Below are positions 43,012-53,997 of a stretch of 64,000 nt of DNA, in pieces. Made by a program: the position numbers and the translations under genes. The DNA is from an uncultured virus (IMG/VR IMGVR_UViG_3300029922_000018) (lineage: Duplodnaviria > Heunggongvirae > Uroviricota > Caudoviricetes). Within the stretch, counting starts at the first letter, position 1. Every line of letters begins with the position of its first letter. The stretch lies in IMG/VR virus record IMGVR_UViG_3300029922_000018; one strand, 5' to 3'. Under the pieces are notes generated by a model. It was not told the DNA's origin. It made no database searches and saw only the letters and a list, made by a program, of their open reading frames with translations.

Positions 43012-43560
43012 TTATTTAATTAAATTTCCATCCTTATCAAATTCACCAGTTAAACTCAGACATCGTTCAGGCGAAAGAACCCACTTATGGATATTATGAC
43101 TTTGTTTACTAATACCCATCAATAAATCACAACTATCATATGCCGGTCTATTCCACATAGGAAATGGGTTGCAATCCCATATGCTCCAATATATAAGCGG
43201 AATCTCCATCGAATGAATCTGCGCTTCAATCGAAAACAGCCAACCATATTGTCGTGGGTCTGTAATGAAGGCAATAGCGTCTGGCTTTTCTATATCAATT
43301 ATTTGAAATAATATATTGGCATCGCCATATCCATTTGCCGGATATAGACGAACATACGCATCTTTTATACCGGTAATATTATTAAATTCAGCCGACATGT
43401 CACATACTTTACCTACTTCTGGGTGGTTATGTGCTCCACTTATGAGAGCATAGTCATATTTATGAACGGTTTGGGCGACCATTTCTTTTAAGGCAACGGC
43501 AACGCCGCTGAAAAACCTAATATCATCCCCGATAAACAGTATTTTCTTTTTTTTATTCAT
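43012..43560 (-). CDS. GT-B glycosyltransferase, N-terminal part
   Basis: KILFIGDD.R..SGV, GYG, EKPD....TDPR, IWD, SCDLL..ISKQ. Confidence 0.8.
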   Translation of the reverse strand: MNKKKKILFIGDDIRFFSGVAVALKEMVAQTVHKYDYALISGAHNHPEVGKVCDMSAEFNNITGIKDAYVRLYPANGYGDANILFQIIDIEKPDAIAFITDPRQYGWLFSIEAQIHSMEIPLIYWSIWDCNPFPMWNRPAYDSCDLLMGISKQSHNIHKWVLSPERCLSLTGEFDKDGNLIK

Positions 43561-43563
43561 ATT

Positions 43564-43722
43564 TTATTTTATTATATTATTGCTCCCAGAAATCGCAAGC
43601 CGAATGGCAATTTCAGTGAAGCTACTCAGCTTAAACCCGCCACGTTTGCAGAACAGATGTAACGCATCACTAACTTCTTGTGAAATTTGTATGGAACATT
43701 TAGGTATAACTTTTTTCTTCAT
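43564..43722 (-). CDS. Small ribbon-helix-helix-like protein (52 aa, not in ORF track)
   Basis: MKKKVIPKCSIQISQEVSDALHLFCKRGGFKLSSFTEIAIRLAI; TATTTATA 5 nt upstream. Confidence 0.55.
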   Translation of the reverse strand: MKKKVIPKCSIQISQEVSDALHLFCKRGGFKLSSFTEIAIRLAISGSNNIIK

Positions 43723-43825
43723 GTAAATATAAATATATGTTACATCGTAGAAAATCGTAGAAATCTGTCATCTTTTAAAATATAAAAAGTTTACTATCTA
43801 GATAATCTATGATAACATTGGAAAA

Positions 43826-44713
43826 ATGAGCATTATAAAAGACCGAAAAAGAATATCATATTCCCAGTTTTCCACGTGGTATGGCTGTGAATTTAAATTT
43901 TTGAATGATTATATCTTGAAGAAGAAGGTATTTGAAGATTCACTTAACATGTCATTTGGGACTGCAATTCATGGAACAATCCAATCATATTTAAAAACTC
44001 TTTATACGGTCTCTGAAAAAGATGCGGAGTTGATTGATTTGGTGTTGAATTTTACTGCCGAATTTAAAAAAATAGTAACCGAAAAAAAGATTAAACATAC
44101 CCCCGAAGAACTGGCCGAATTTATTGAGGATGGACGATTAATTTTAGAGGAGTTTGTTCTTCCCGAAAATAGACGCCGGTATTTTCCCCGTGAAAAATAT
44201 GAATTAATCGGGATTGAAGTTGAAATCAACGAACCAATATTCAACAATTTAAATATCGTTGGATTTCTTGATATAGTGTTGAAAGAAAAAATGTCAGGTG
44301 ACATTAAAATTATAGATTTTAAAACCTCAACTCGTGGCTGGTCTTCGGAAAAGGAAGACTTCACCAAGCTGTCTCAATTGCGAATGTATAAGGCACTATA
44401 CAGTAAAAAATTCAATATTCCCCTGAATAAAATTCATGTTGAGTTTTTTATCCTTAAACGAAAAGTATATGACAATTCAAAAGTCGCATATCCCCAAACT
44501 AGGCTCGTTCCGTTTAAACCAACGTCATATAAACCGGAAATTGACGAAACTCTCTCCGAATTTTCGAAGTTTGTAAATGGCGTATTTACTAAGACGGGTG
44601 AATATCTTCCGGCAAAGGAATATAAGAAAATGCCGTCTGACAAGCAATGTAAATACTGTCAATACTCCAAGGATGGTTCATGTGATAAGAAGAAGACTCC
44701 CATAAACCTATGA
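43826..44713 (+). CDS. PD-(D/E)XK nuclease (RecB/Cas4-like exonuclease)
   Basis: ISYSQ...C, FGTAIH, E, GFLD, IIDFKT, QL..Y, C..C.Y...C. Confidence 0.88.
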   Translation: MSIIKDRKRISYSQFSTWYGCEFKFLNDYILKKKVFEDSLNMSFGTAIHGTIQSYLKTLYTVSEKDAELIDLVLNFTAEFKKIVTEKKIKHTPEELAEFIEDGRLILEEFVLPENRRRYFPREKYELIGIEVEINEPIFNNLNIVGFLDIVLKEKMSGDIKIIDFKTSTRGWSSEKEDFTKLSQLRMYKALYSKKFNIPLNKIHVEFFILKRKVYDNSKVAYPQTRLVPFKPTSYKPEIDETLSEFSKFVNGVFTKTGEYLPAKEYKKMPSDKQCKYCQYSKDGSCDKKKTPINL

Positions 44714-44899
44714 AAAAAATGTTCAAATATCCGCCAGTCCGAATAACCAAGTCATGGATAAATTCGTGTGACCAATGTATTCATCAAGAAGGAAAACAAC
44801 ATTGTAATTTTAATGGACTTACAATTAAAAATATGGATATAAAGAGATGTGCGGCATTTGAAGATAAACTCGACAGTAAAAATTTAAAATACTAAAACT

Positions 44900-45622
44900 A
44901 TGAAAAAAATAATAACTATACTACTATTAATCTTATCGATGATAGTATCAGCACAGGCGCAGTCAACGTATACCAACGGATTTATATATTCCGACCATCC
45001 AATTGAGTGTAGATTGGTATCTGCCCATAATGGAACGTTGACAAACCAACTTGAAATGGGGATTTCATATATGACCGGCAATGCAATTCTAGAATTTTCA
45101 CCCACTAACTTAACATCAATTTATTTAAGTGGTGGAATTTTAATAATTGCAGATGGAAATTCAAAATTTTCAATTGATATATTTGAACAGGAGATTTTAA
45201 ATTTATCAGACACCCCAAGAAGAGCAAAATTTGGAAATTATAACCTTGCGATTACTATTTCTAAAGGAACTGTGGGGATATTATCCGTCACAAACGAATA
45301 CTCCGCCATTTCTTTATCTGCCCAAGACAGTGCATTTCAATTGAGTGGTGGCTCGTTTATATTTGATGTAACTACCAATTCAGTAGTATCGTATTCCCAT
45401 GGAAATATTAAACGAATTCTAAACCAGCAAAAAATCGAAGATACTCCGAAAGGTGCTCAGTTACTTATAAATCCGAGGTTCAATTTGACAACTACGGAAA
45501 ATTATGTTCCATCGAATGGGCAGATTAAATTGTATAATGAATTGATAGAAGAATTGAATTCCTCGACCAATGTTGAATTTTTTACAATCCAAGGAAAGTT
45601 GATTGGCATATGGATGAAATAA
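44900..45622 (+). CDS. Secreted beta-rich hypothetical protein
   Basis: Signal peptide MKKIITILLLILSMIVSAQA. Confidence 0.55.
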   Translation: MKKIITILLLILSMIVSAQAQSTYTNGFIYSDHPIECRLVSAHNGTLTNQLEMGISYMTGNAILEFSPTNLTSIYLSGGILIIADGNSKFSIDIFEQEILNLSDTPRRAKFGNYNLAITISKGTVGILSVTNEYSAISLSAQDSAFQLSGGSFIFDVTTNSVVSYSHGNIKRILNQQKIEDTPKGAQLLINPRFNLTTTENYVPSNGQIKLYNELIEELNSSTNVEFFTIQGKLIGIWMK

Positions 45623-46540
45623 ACAAATACACACCGGTCAAATTTCCAGATGGGAACATTGGGTTCGACATTGATATATTAAATCCACCTATATCACTGA
45701 TTGATAAGGTAAATGCAATTGCATTTCAGTGGCAATTATACGCCGGCATAGTTAAAATTGACGGATACCGAGCAATATTTGATAATCGATATATACATCT
45801 AATTTCTCATATACTTCCCCATCTTGGATATACGTGGACTAAAACGGAAACAAAAATTTGGAATAAAGACGAAGACCCATCAGAAATCGAATGTCAAAAA
45901 TTACATTTGATTAAAATTGATTGACATTCATTGTTCTTCTGATATAATACGACAATATGTTATCGTCAGATTTTATAAATTCACTCTCTGAGGAAGAGAT
46001 GGGAATGTTGCTTTATTTTGTGAATGTGGCAAGTCGTCCTCTCTCTCATAAAATTCAGTTTGAGATTAATGATTTGAAATTTTTTAGAAAGGATGTATTG
46101 GCTCAAAATTTAGTGTCGTCCTTTGATAAATTAACGCCAGAAGGACATCCAACCTTTATATCGTTAATGGAAAAATTCGGGGTTAAAGTAGAAATCAAGA
46201 AAGAAGAGCCAAAGAAAATCGAGGAACCCATTATAGAAATATCTCCACCCGAAATTGGAAATATTGATACCTCCGGTAGTATTCCTATGGTTAATGTTAT
46301 TCCAGATGTAGAGATAGTGCCAGACCCAGCCACTACTCAATCGGCAGAAGTTCCTAAAATAGAACCTACGATAACTGGTTCATCGGAAGTGAAAGTATGA
46401 AGAAAATAAAACGAGTTTACATGTCGGCTAAAGACGCCACTATCCTTAATCACTATCAGGAAGGAATGCCTCTTAAAAGAGTTCAGAAATTGTTATCTAA
46501 ACCAATATTCGATATATTTAAAAAATATTTAAAATAATTT

Positions 46541-49111
46541 ATGTATCGTAATATTTTTAATGATAAACTTAGCGGTGTAATCCATGTAGATGATGACGTG
46601 CATGGTTGGCAGCAATATCCAGCTTCCGACTTTCATTATGCTTACCGGAAGTCACCATCTGGTAATTTCACTTCAATATATGGAGATAAACTTGAAAAAA
46701 TAACTTCGTTTGATGAAACGGATACCGATTTGTTTGAGTCAGATTTGAACATTGAAATGAAGGTATTGTTAGATTTATATAAAGGTAATGAAGAAGTTCC
46801 AAAAGGACATAGAATTGTTATTTATGATATTGAAACGTCAACCGAGGGAGGGTTTCCTGATGTAAATACCGGTGATAAACCAATTACGGCTATTGCATTA
46901 TATAATTATACATCGGATAAGTATTACTCTCTAATTCTCGATAAAGATAAGAAAGTCCAAAATAAAATCGAAGGAAATCAAATATTAAGAGCATTTGAAA
47001 CAGAAGTTGGCCTATTAAATAATTTCCTAACCCTCTGGAGAGAATTAAATCCTACTATAATTTCCGGCTGGAATAATTGGTTCTTCGATGACCCATACAT
47101 ATATAATCGTATTAAAGTAGTGTTGGGGAAAAAAGCAACTTATAAATTATCACCTCTAGGAATCGTTTACCAAAATCAATTTACAAAGAGATTGGTTATG
47201 GGCGGAATATCATCATTGGATTATATCGAACTGTATAAAAAGTGGTGTCCCGTAATGAAAAACAGTTATAGTTTAGCGTCGGTAGGAAAAGACGAAGAAT
47301 TAGCACATCAAAAATTAACATATAAGGGAAATCTGGACGATTTATATAAAAATCAAATAGAACAGTTTATAAATTACAATTTACAGGATGTTAAGGTAAT
47401 ACGAGATTTAGATAGGAAATATGATTTTATTAATCTAGCAATTGCAGTTTGCACGAAGGGGAAGATTTCATACGAACGATTTAAATTTAGTTCTTGGTTT
47501 ATTGATGGTGCTATATTGGATTATTTACATGTAAATGGATTAATTGGGCCGAATAGACCAGCCAATCACAGACAATTGTATGAAGAGCAAGAAAAGTCTG
47601 ATGATGATGGATTTATCGGCGCATATGTTAAGGAAGCCGAACCAAATTTGTTTTCATGGATAGTATCATGTGATATTACTTCACTATACCCAAGCACAAT
47701 TATGTCGTTAAATATCTCTAATGAAACTTTAATTGGAAAGATTGAGAATTGGAATTGGGAATTGTATAAAAAAGGAGAAATTAATGAGATAAAGATAAAT
47801 GATTTTGTATATACCCGATATGAATTTGACAAAATGAAATCCAATAACTCGATTTCTATTGGTGTTAATGGTGGCGTTTATACTTTAAAAAAACGAGGTG
47901 TTATACCGATGATACTTGAACGCTGGTTTTCTGAGCGTGTTAATTATCGAAAATTGGCAGGACAATATGCGAAAGACGGAAATAAAGAAAAAGAAGAGTT
48001 TTACGACCGAAGACAAAAACGTGAAAAAGTATTTCTTAATTCAATTTATGGGTCAACTGGAATGCCCGGTGGACGCTGGTATAATGTCGTAAATGCCGAA
48101 GCAGTCACATTGTCTGGACAGTCTATTATAAAGAGTGGAGAGAGTCTGGTAAACAGTATTATTAATACTAAACTGAATACTTCTGAAACCGAGGATAGGG
48201 TGGTAGCGATTGATACTGACAGTTTGTATTTTTCTTTCAATTTATTGATGGAAAATGATAAAATAAATGAAAACGATAAGGTAAAGTATTCGATTGATAA
48301 ATTGACATATATTGCTGATAAAATAAATGAGATGTATAGTCATATGTTACCCGTTGTATTTAATGTCCCAACTGAACAAAATCGAATTAGGATTATTCCT
48401 GATGTAATTGCTAAACGAGCAATTTGGTTAGGTAAAAAAAGATATTCATTATTAAAAGTTTTTGATATGGAGAAGATGAAAGAAATTAAGGATAAGAATG
48501 GAAAAGATGGGAAGATTGAACATAAGGGGGTTGATGTAATCCGCAGCAGCTTTCCACAAGCATTTCAGAAAATGTTGGGCAATGTGTTGGAGAATGTATT
48601 GCGGGACAAAGAATTTAAACTTATCGATGATGATGTGATGGAATTTGAAGAGTCTATTCAAGAAATATCGCCAATAAATTTAAGTAAGGGAACGAGTGTG
48701 AAAATGATTTCTAAAAAGGGAGATAAGAAATATAATCCTAAAGAACGAGGAGTTTTTGAATTTATTAAGGGGTCTCCTATATCTGTAAAGTCTGCCCTTG
48801 CCTACAACGATATATTAAAGGTGTTGAAATTAGATAATCAATTTAGAACATTCGTATCGGGTGATAAAGTTAAATTGATGTATTTATCCGATGGGAATCC
48901 ATATTCATTAGAGGCACTCGCATTTAGGGGAGACGACACAGACCCCGATGTAGTATTAGAATTTATAGATAAATATGGAGACAAGAAAAAGATGTATACT
49001 CACGAATTAAAAAAGAAATTATTAAAAATATACGTTGCTATGAGACGACCATTTCCTAATCGTGGAAGTCTTCAAGCATCTAAAATATTTAACTTTGAGG
49101 AGACTTGGTAA
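46541..49111 (+). CDS. DNA polymerase family B with 3'-5' exonuclease
   Basis: DIET, GWN...FD.PY, YN.QD, DITSLYPS, K..LNSIYG, DTDS, KKRY. Confidence 0.97.
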   Translation: MYRNIFNDKLSGVIHVDDDVHGWQQYPASDFHYAYRKSPSGNFTSIYGDKLEKITSFDETDTDLFESDLNIEMKVLLDLYKGNEEVPKGHRIVIYDIETSTEGGFPDVNTGDKPITAIALYNYTSDKYYSLILDKDKKVQNKIEGNQILRAFETEVGLLNNFLTLWRELNPTIISGWNNWFFDDPYIYNRIKVVLGKKATYKLSPLGIVYQNQFTKRLVMGGISSLDYIELYKKWCPVMKNSYSLASVGKDEELAHQKLTYKGNLDDLYKNQIEQFINYNLQDVKVIRDLDRKYDFINLAIAVCTKGKISYERFKFSSWFIDGAILDYLHVNGLIGPNRPANHRQLYEEQEKSDDDGFIGAYVKEAEPNLFSWIVSCDITSLYPSTIMSLNISNETLIGKIENWNWELYKKGEINEIKINDFVYTRYEFDKMKSNNSISIGVNGGVYTLKKRGVIPMILERWFSERVNYRKLAGQYAKDGNKEKEEFYDRRQKREKVFLNSIYGSTGMPGGRWYNVVNAEAVTLSGQSIIKSGESLVNSIINTKLNTSETEDRVVAIDTDSLYFSFNLLMENDKINENDKVKYSIDKLTYIADKINEMYSHMLPVVFNVPTEQNRIRIIPDVIAKRAIWLGKKRYSLLKVFDMEKMKEIKDKNGKDGKIEHKGVDVIRSSFPQAFQKMLGNVLENVLRDKEFKLIDDDVMEFEESIQEISPINLSKGTSVKMISKKGDKKYNPKERGVFEFIKGSPISVKSALAYNDILKVLKLDNQFRTFVSGDKVKLMYLSDGNPYSLEALAFRGDDTDPDVVLEFIDKYGDKKKMYTHELKKKLLKIYVAMRRPFPNRGSLQASKIFNFEETW

Positions 49112-49176
49112 AAATAAATGAAAATATTTCTACGTTTTATGTAACTACGTTATATTTATAAATGAAAGGATGATTT

Positions 49177-49317
49177 ATGGGAAGAAAACCAAAATCTAAA
49201 GAACATAAAGATGAAAAACGACGAATTAGGCAAGCAAGATATTATCAACGACATAAGAAAATCATATGCAAAAAACGGATGCAATCATATTGGGAAGGAA
49301 TTCAGCATAAAATGTGA
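49177..49317 (+). CDS. Overlapping MGRKK-family basic peptide, copy 6 (46 aa)
   Basis: MGRKPKSKEHKDEKRRIRQARYYQRHKKIICKKRMQSYWEGIQHKM*; AAAGGA 6 nt upstream. Confidence 0.7.
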   Translation: MGRKPKSKEHKDEKRRIRQARYYQRHKKIICKKRMQSYWEGIQHKM

Positions 49318-50455
49318 TATATGTAAGTATAATAGATTCATTAAGAAACTTACGGACGAACAATTATTAAATAACGATTATTCATATGTTCGATATATAC
49401 AATCCGAAGAAAAAGTTAATATACGATGTATATCATGTGATAGTATATATCCTCAAACTCCACATAATCATTTAAAGGGTCAGGGATGCCCATCATGTAA
49501 AGCTAAAAAAGTTAGTTTAATACATAGATTTGATTTATCTAGATTTACAATAGATGCCAATGTAATACATGGAATTTCTAGATTCGACTATGGATTGGTT
49601 ACGTATATTGATGCTCATACCGATATAATTATCAAATGCAATATATGCGAGTATATATTTTCACAGAAACCCTATAGTCATTTGGCTGGCCATGGGTGTC
49701 CAAAATGCAAAGGAAATATTGCATCGATAAATTCTCGAAAGAAAATAGAAGATGTGTTATTGGACTTCAGAAAAGTGCATGGTGATAAGTTTACATATTA
49801 TCTGGACGGTTACACGAATAATAAAATCGAAATAGATATGAAATGCAATACTTGTCGTAACATATTTAGTCAACGAGCCGACTGTCATTTGAATGGGCAA
49901 GGATGTCCTTATTGTGCCGGTAAACACAAAACAACTCAGGTATGTATATTGGAATTTGAGGAAATCCATAGAAATAGATTTAATTATGATAAATTTATCT
50001 ATAGTGGTGCTCATACAGATGGAACTATAATGTGTAATAAGTGTGAGCAGGAATTTTTCCAGCCGCCAAGTGAACATTTATCTGGAAATGGATGCCCGTA
50101 TTGTAGAATGTCAAAGGGAGAAATTTCAATTATGAATTTTTTAGATGACAATATTATCGATTATAGTTGTCAAAAAAGATATGCTGATTGCAGAGGGTTG
50201 GGAAATTTGCCGATTCCGTTTGATTTTTTTATCCCGAAATATAATTTATTAATAGAATTTGATGGAGTTCAACATTATAAACTAGGGTGTAATTTTAGAG
50301 GTCATACAATGACTAGCGAGGAGTTTGCCAAAATAAAAGAACATGACCGCCGTAAAAATGAATACGCTAAAATAAATAATATTGACTTATTGCGAATTCC
50401 ATATTACAATATAAAGAGAATACCGGAGATACTTAGAGAAAAACTAAATAAATGA
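49211..50455 (+). CDS. Homing endonuclease: repeated Zn ribbons + Vsr/DUF559-like nuclease
   Basis: 4x C..C...Q.P..HL.G.GCP.C; SKGE, FDFFIP, IEFDG.QHY, D..KN.Y, LLRIPY. Confidence 0.88.
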   Translation: MKNDELGKQDIINDIRKSYAKNGCNHIGKEFSIKCDICKYNRFIKKLTDEQLLNNDYSYVRYIQSEEKVNIRCISCDSIYPQTPHNHLKGQGCPSCKAKKVSLIHRFDLSRFTIDANVIHGISRFDYGLVTYIDAHTDIIIKCNICEYIFSQKPYSHLAGHGCPKCKGNIASINSRKKIEDVLLDFRKVHGDKFTYYLDGYTNNKIEIDMKCNTCRNIFSQRADCHLNGQGCPYCAGKHKTTQVCILEFEEIHRNRFNYDKFIYSGAHTDGTIMCNKCEQEFFQPPSEHLSGNGCPYCRMSKGEISIMNFLDDNIIDYSCQKRYADCRGLGNLPIPFDFFIPKYNLLIEFDGVQHYKLGCNFRGHTMTSEEFAKIKEHDRRKNEYAKINNIDLLRIPYYNIKRIPEILREKLNK

Positions 50456-50911
50456 GAATATTTGATAATGAGCAATTTACTATTTAACATTCGATTTGGA
50501 AGTTATCATTTACAATTGAGTAAAGAATATAAATTATCATTCCATAAAAATAAATATTATATTAAAAATAAGCCGAATAAATGGTTTGCGGTATATTGTT
50601 GGTTTGGAATACATTATGAGTGATTATATTTATGATTCCGAAGAAATCTTGGATTTCTTAACTAGTAGTCGAAATACATACTATGCTAAATGTGAATGTA
50701 TAGTCAGAAGATTCATAACTGGGAATTATAACTTTCCATTATCAATATAATTATAAATTTAAAATAATATGATTAAAATATTTAATGCCCTTGTATATTG
50801 TAATTGTAAGCGAGACTGGACGTTACAATCTTTATATCGTCGATTATTTAATGGATATTGGGTATGTCAAGAATGTGGCAAGAAAACAATAAGTAAACTT
50901 AAAAATAAAAT

Positions 50912-51223
50912 ATGATTAACCCCCCTACAATAGTATGTTTATGTGGTTCCACCAAATTTAAAGATGAATTTATACAAGCCAACAGAGACGAAACCCTAAA
51001 AGGTAACATTGTATTGACGGTTGGATTATTTGGACATCACGAACCAAATTTTGATATGTCCAGCGAAATGAAAGTAATGTTGGACGAATTACATAAGAGA
51101 AAAATCGATTTGGCCGATGAGGTGTTGATAATTAACGTAAATCATTATATCGGTAATTCTACTAAATCGGAAATTGAATATGCCAAGAATGCCGGAAAGA
51201 TTGTTAAATATTTATGGAAATAA
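50912..51223 (+). CDS. Nucleoside deoxyribosyltransferase-like small protein
   Basis: LCGSTKF, LH..KID.AD.V..IN...YIG.ST..EI.YA. Confidence 0.65.
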   Translation: MINPPTIVCLCGSTKFKDEFIQANRDETLKGNIVLTVGLFGHHEPNFDMSSEMKVMLDELHKRKIDLADEVLIINVNHYIGNSTKSEIEYAKNAGKIVKYLWK

Positions 51224-52865
51224 AAACAACCTATAGATTAGTAGAACAAGATAAATGTGGAAACTTAAAGACTCTATTCCATGGAATTAATGGGTCTCGG
51301 AAACTTCCTATTAATACATGGATACGTGCCGACATTAAAATGGTAAGTGAGGGAGTCAATGGTAAGAAATATTTGAGCGGATTCCATTCACTGGGAACAC
51401 GGGAAGAGTGTTTAAAATACTCTAAGAAGTTTAAAAATAAACAGCATAGATATGTTGTTCAAATTAAAATTAAAAATATACGGATGAAAAAGCATAGCCC
51501 GTCTAAAGTTTATTTGTCTGAATATATGATGATAGAAGAGCCATATCAATTAACTAGAATATGAAATACGTTAAATTAACGGCAAAAAAAGATACTTGGT
51601 TTAAAGAAGGAACGGAAGTATATGATTATGATTATCCATATTCAGATAAAAAACATATTACGTTAGAATATTGGAAAAAATCAATGGGTGATTGGGGAGG
51701 TGGTGGGATATATGTTTGTGGAATACGAGTATGCGACGATAATCCAAATGAGAATGGAATGGGATTTAAATCTGGAGATGAACGTGAAGATGGTGAGTGG
51801 TGTAGGTGTGATGAATTCAACGTGGAGATATTATGATTAACAAGATATACAAATATATTAATGAGTATAGGTCTAATTTGATAGTCCCAAGATATATCCA
51901 ACTAACAAGGAATGAAATGCAAAATTTAAATGATAGTCCAAGTCCAAATTTTAATTTTATAGAGTGTAATTTTAATGGTATTCCTGTGGTAGAGTCTGCA
52001 CTGGCAATTGAAAAACGAACATATCAGGAAAAGTCATTGAAGGCACATAATTTTACAATATTGGCCGAAAATGACTTATTTCCAAGTGATATAGATATGG
52101 AAATAAATGAATATCAAGATTATATATCTGGAAAATTGAAAACTGAGTTATTTTATAGACTATATGCTGATGATACTGTAATTTCCCATACATTTGAATG
52201 TGACCCTTGGAAATGGATAAAAGAAAAGCTACATCTTACCAAATGGTTTCCGGTTAAATTTAAAACTATTAAGATTGATGGTAAAGTATTATATCCCAAA
52301 TTAAATATCAAGTTTCCTCATAATACTCACGCCGTAAAATTTAAAATAAGTTGATAAAGAATTAAAAGTTGATATACTTCACAATATGACAAGAGAACAA
52401 CTTCAACACGGACAAGATATTTTAAAACAGATAAGCGATTTAAAATTACAATTGAATAATATTGATAATTATAATTTAGATTATCCGGTTGATTATATGG
52501 CGGCACCCCATATTAAGAAATATATGTTAGGACATATGGTAGATTTTAAATCACAATATAAAAAAGTATTGGAAAATCAAATCGATATTCTAAACGTCGA
52601 ATTTCAAAATTTATGAATATAGAATTAAAAGTAAAATTACAAAGAGCCATTAATAGAGTAATAATTGATGGTTGTGAAGATGGATTGTGGGAACAATTAA
52701 TTCATCCAAAGCTAATAGAACAAATGACCAACGCCGCAGAATTAGTATTTGACTCGGCACAAGATGCTCAAGAATATAACTTTCACGAAGAACAAAAATG
52801 AAAAAATAAATAAAAATAATCAGTATTTTATGATAAGTGTTTTATATTTATAAGGAGAACCAATT

Positions 52866-53012
52866 ATGGGAAGAAATAAAAAATATGAAACACTCGAACA
52901 GCAACGAGACGCTAAACAAAAAGATAACAGGTTGTATTATCAACGACACAAAAAAGAACTCTCCGAAAAGAGAATGCGAGCATACTGGAAAAAAGTTTCG
53001 AAAAATGTGTAA
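52866..53012 (+). CDS. Overlapping MGRKK-family basic peptide, copy 7 (48 aa)
   Basis: MGRNKKYETLEQQRDAKQKDNRLYYQRHKKELSEKRMRAYWKKVSKNV*; AAGGAG Shine-Dalgarno. Confidence 0.72.
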   Translation: MGRNKKYETLEQQRDAKQKDNRLYYQRHKKELSEKRMRAYWKKVSKNV

Positions 53013-53958
53013 GTTATGTTGGCAAGATAAATTTATAGAAGAGGCAATTGAGTTGCATGGAGATAAATTTACATATGATGATGTTAAATATACTAATAGT
53101 CTCACACCAGTCAGTATAAAATGCAACTCATGTGGAAAGACGTTTAAACAGACACCAAGCAATCATTTAAGTGGTAAAGGATGTCGTGATTGTTCCTTTA
53201 TAGCTATGGGACTTAAACGTAGATTAACAACCGATGTTTTTATATCTAAATCCGCTGAGATGCATAATAACAGTTACGATTATATATCTGTTGAATATGT
53301 CAATTCTAGAACACCAGTAACGATTAAGTGTAATACATGTGGAAAAATATTTGAGCAAACCCCAAACCAGCATCTCAGCGGACATGGATGTTCGGACTGT
53401 GCTATCCAATACCGAGCTAAGGCAATCAGTTCTAATACAGATGAATTTATTATTAAAGCAATCGGAATTCATGGTGATGATTATAATTATCAGTATGTGA
53501 AATATGAAAACGCAAAAACAAAAGTAGATATCATATGCAATAAATGCAGCACCAAATTCCTACAAACGCCGGTTGACCATTTAAGTGGAAGGGGATGTCC
53601 GAAATGCAAAACATCTAAAGGAGAGCTTAAAATATTAAAATTCTTACGGTTTAAGAATATACCATACATACATCAAAAGAAATATTCCGATTGTAGAAAT
53701 CCCAAAACAAATCTAAAATTGATATTTGATTTTTATATTCCAATTAAAAATATATTAATAGAATTTGATGGAAAGCAACATTATAAAAAAGGATGTAATC
53801 TTAGAGGTCATATTATGACGGATGAAGAATTTAAACGTCAAAAAATACGGGATAGAATTAAAAATGAATATTGTGTGAAAAATAACATACGATTGATTAG
53901 AATTTCGTATCGAGAGATAATGTCAATCGATAAAATATTGGAACGGAAATTAAAATAA
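52885..53958 (+). CDS. Homing endonuclease: repeated Zn ribbons + Vsr/DUF559-like nuclease (track start 52837)
   Basis: 3x C..C...F.QTP..HLSG.GC..C; SKGE, FDFYIP, IEFDGKQHY; paralog of 49211. Confidence 0.88.
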   Translation: MKHSNSNETLNKKITGCIINDTKKNSPKRECEHTGKKFRKMCKLCWQDKFIEEAIELHGDKFTYDDVKYTNSLTPVSIKCNSCGKTFKQTPSNHLSGKGCRDCSFIAMGLKRRLTTDVFISKSAEMHNNSYDYISVEYVNSRTPVTIKCNTCGKIFEQTPNQHLSGHGCSDCAIQYRAKAISSNTDEFIIKAIGIHGDDYNYQYVKYENAKTKVDIICNKCSTKFLQTPVDHLSGRGCPKCKTSKGELKILKFLRFKNIPYIHQKKYSDCRNPKTNLKLIFDFYIPIKNILIEFDGKQHYKKGCNLRGHIMTDEEFKRQKIRDRIKNEYCVKNNIRLIRISYREIMSIDKILERKLK

Positions 53959-53997
53959 GTTTACTCTATAGAGTATAAATGCTATTATATCATATAA

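Noticed and set aside
43826..44713. Cas4 as part of a CRISPR-Cas system
   Set aside because: No other cas genes or array; stand-alone RecB-like nucleases are common in phage replication regions.
46541..49111. Intein or intron in the DNA polymerase
   Set aside because: Continuous 856-aa ORF with normally spaced motifs; the nuclease lies after the stop codon.
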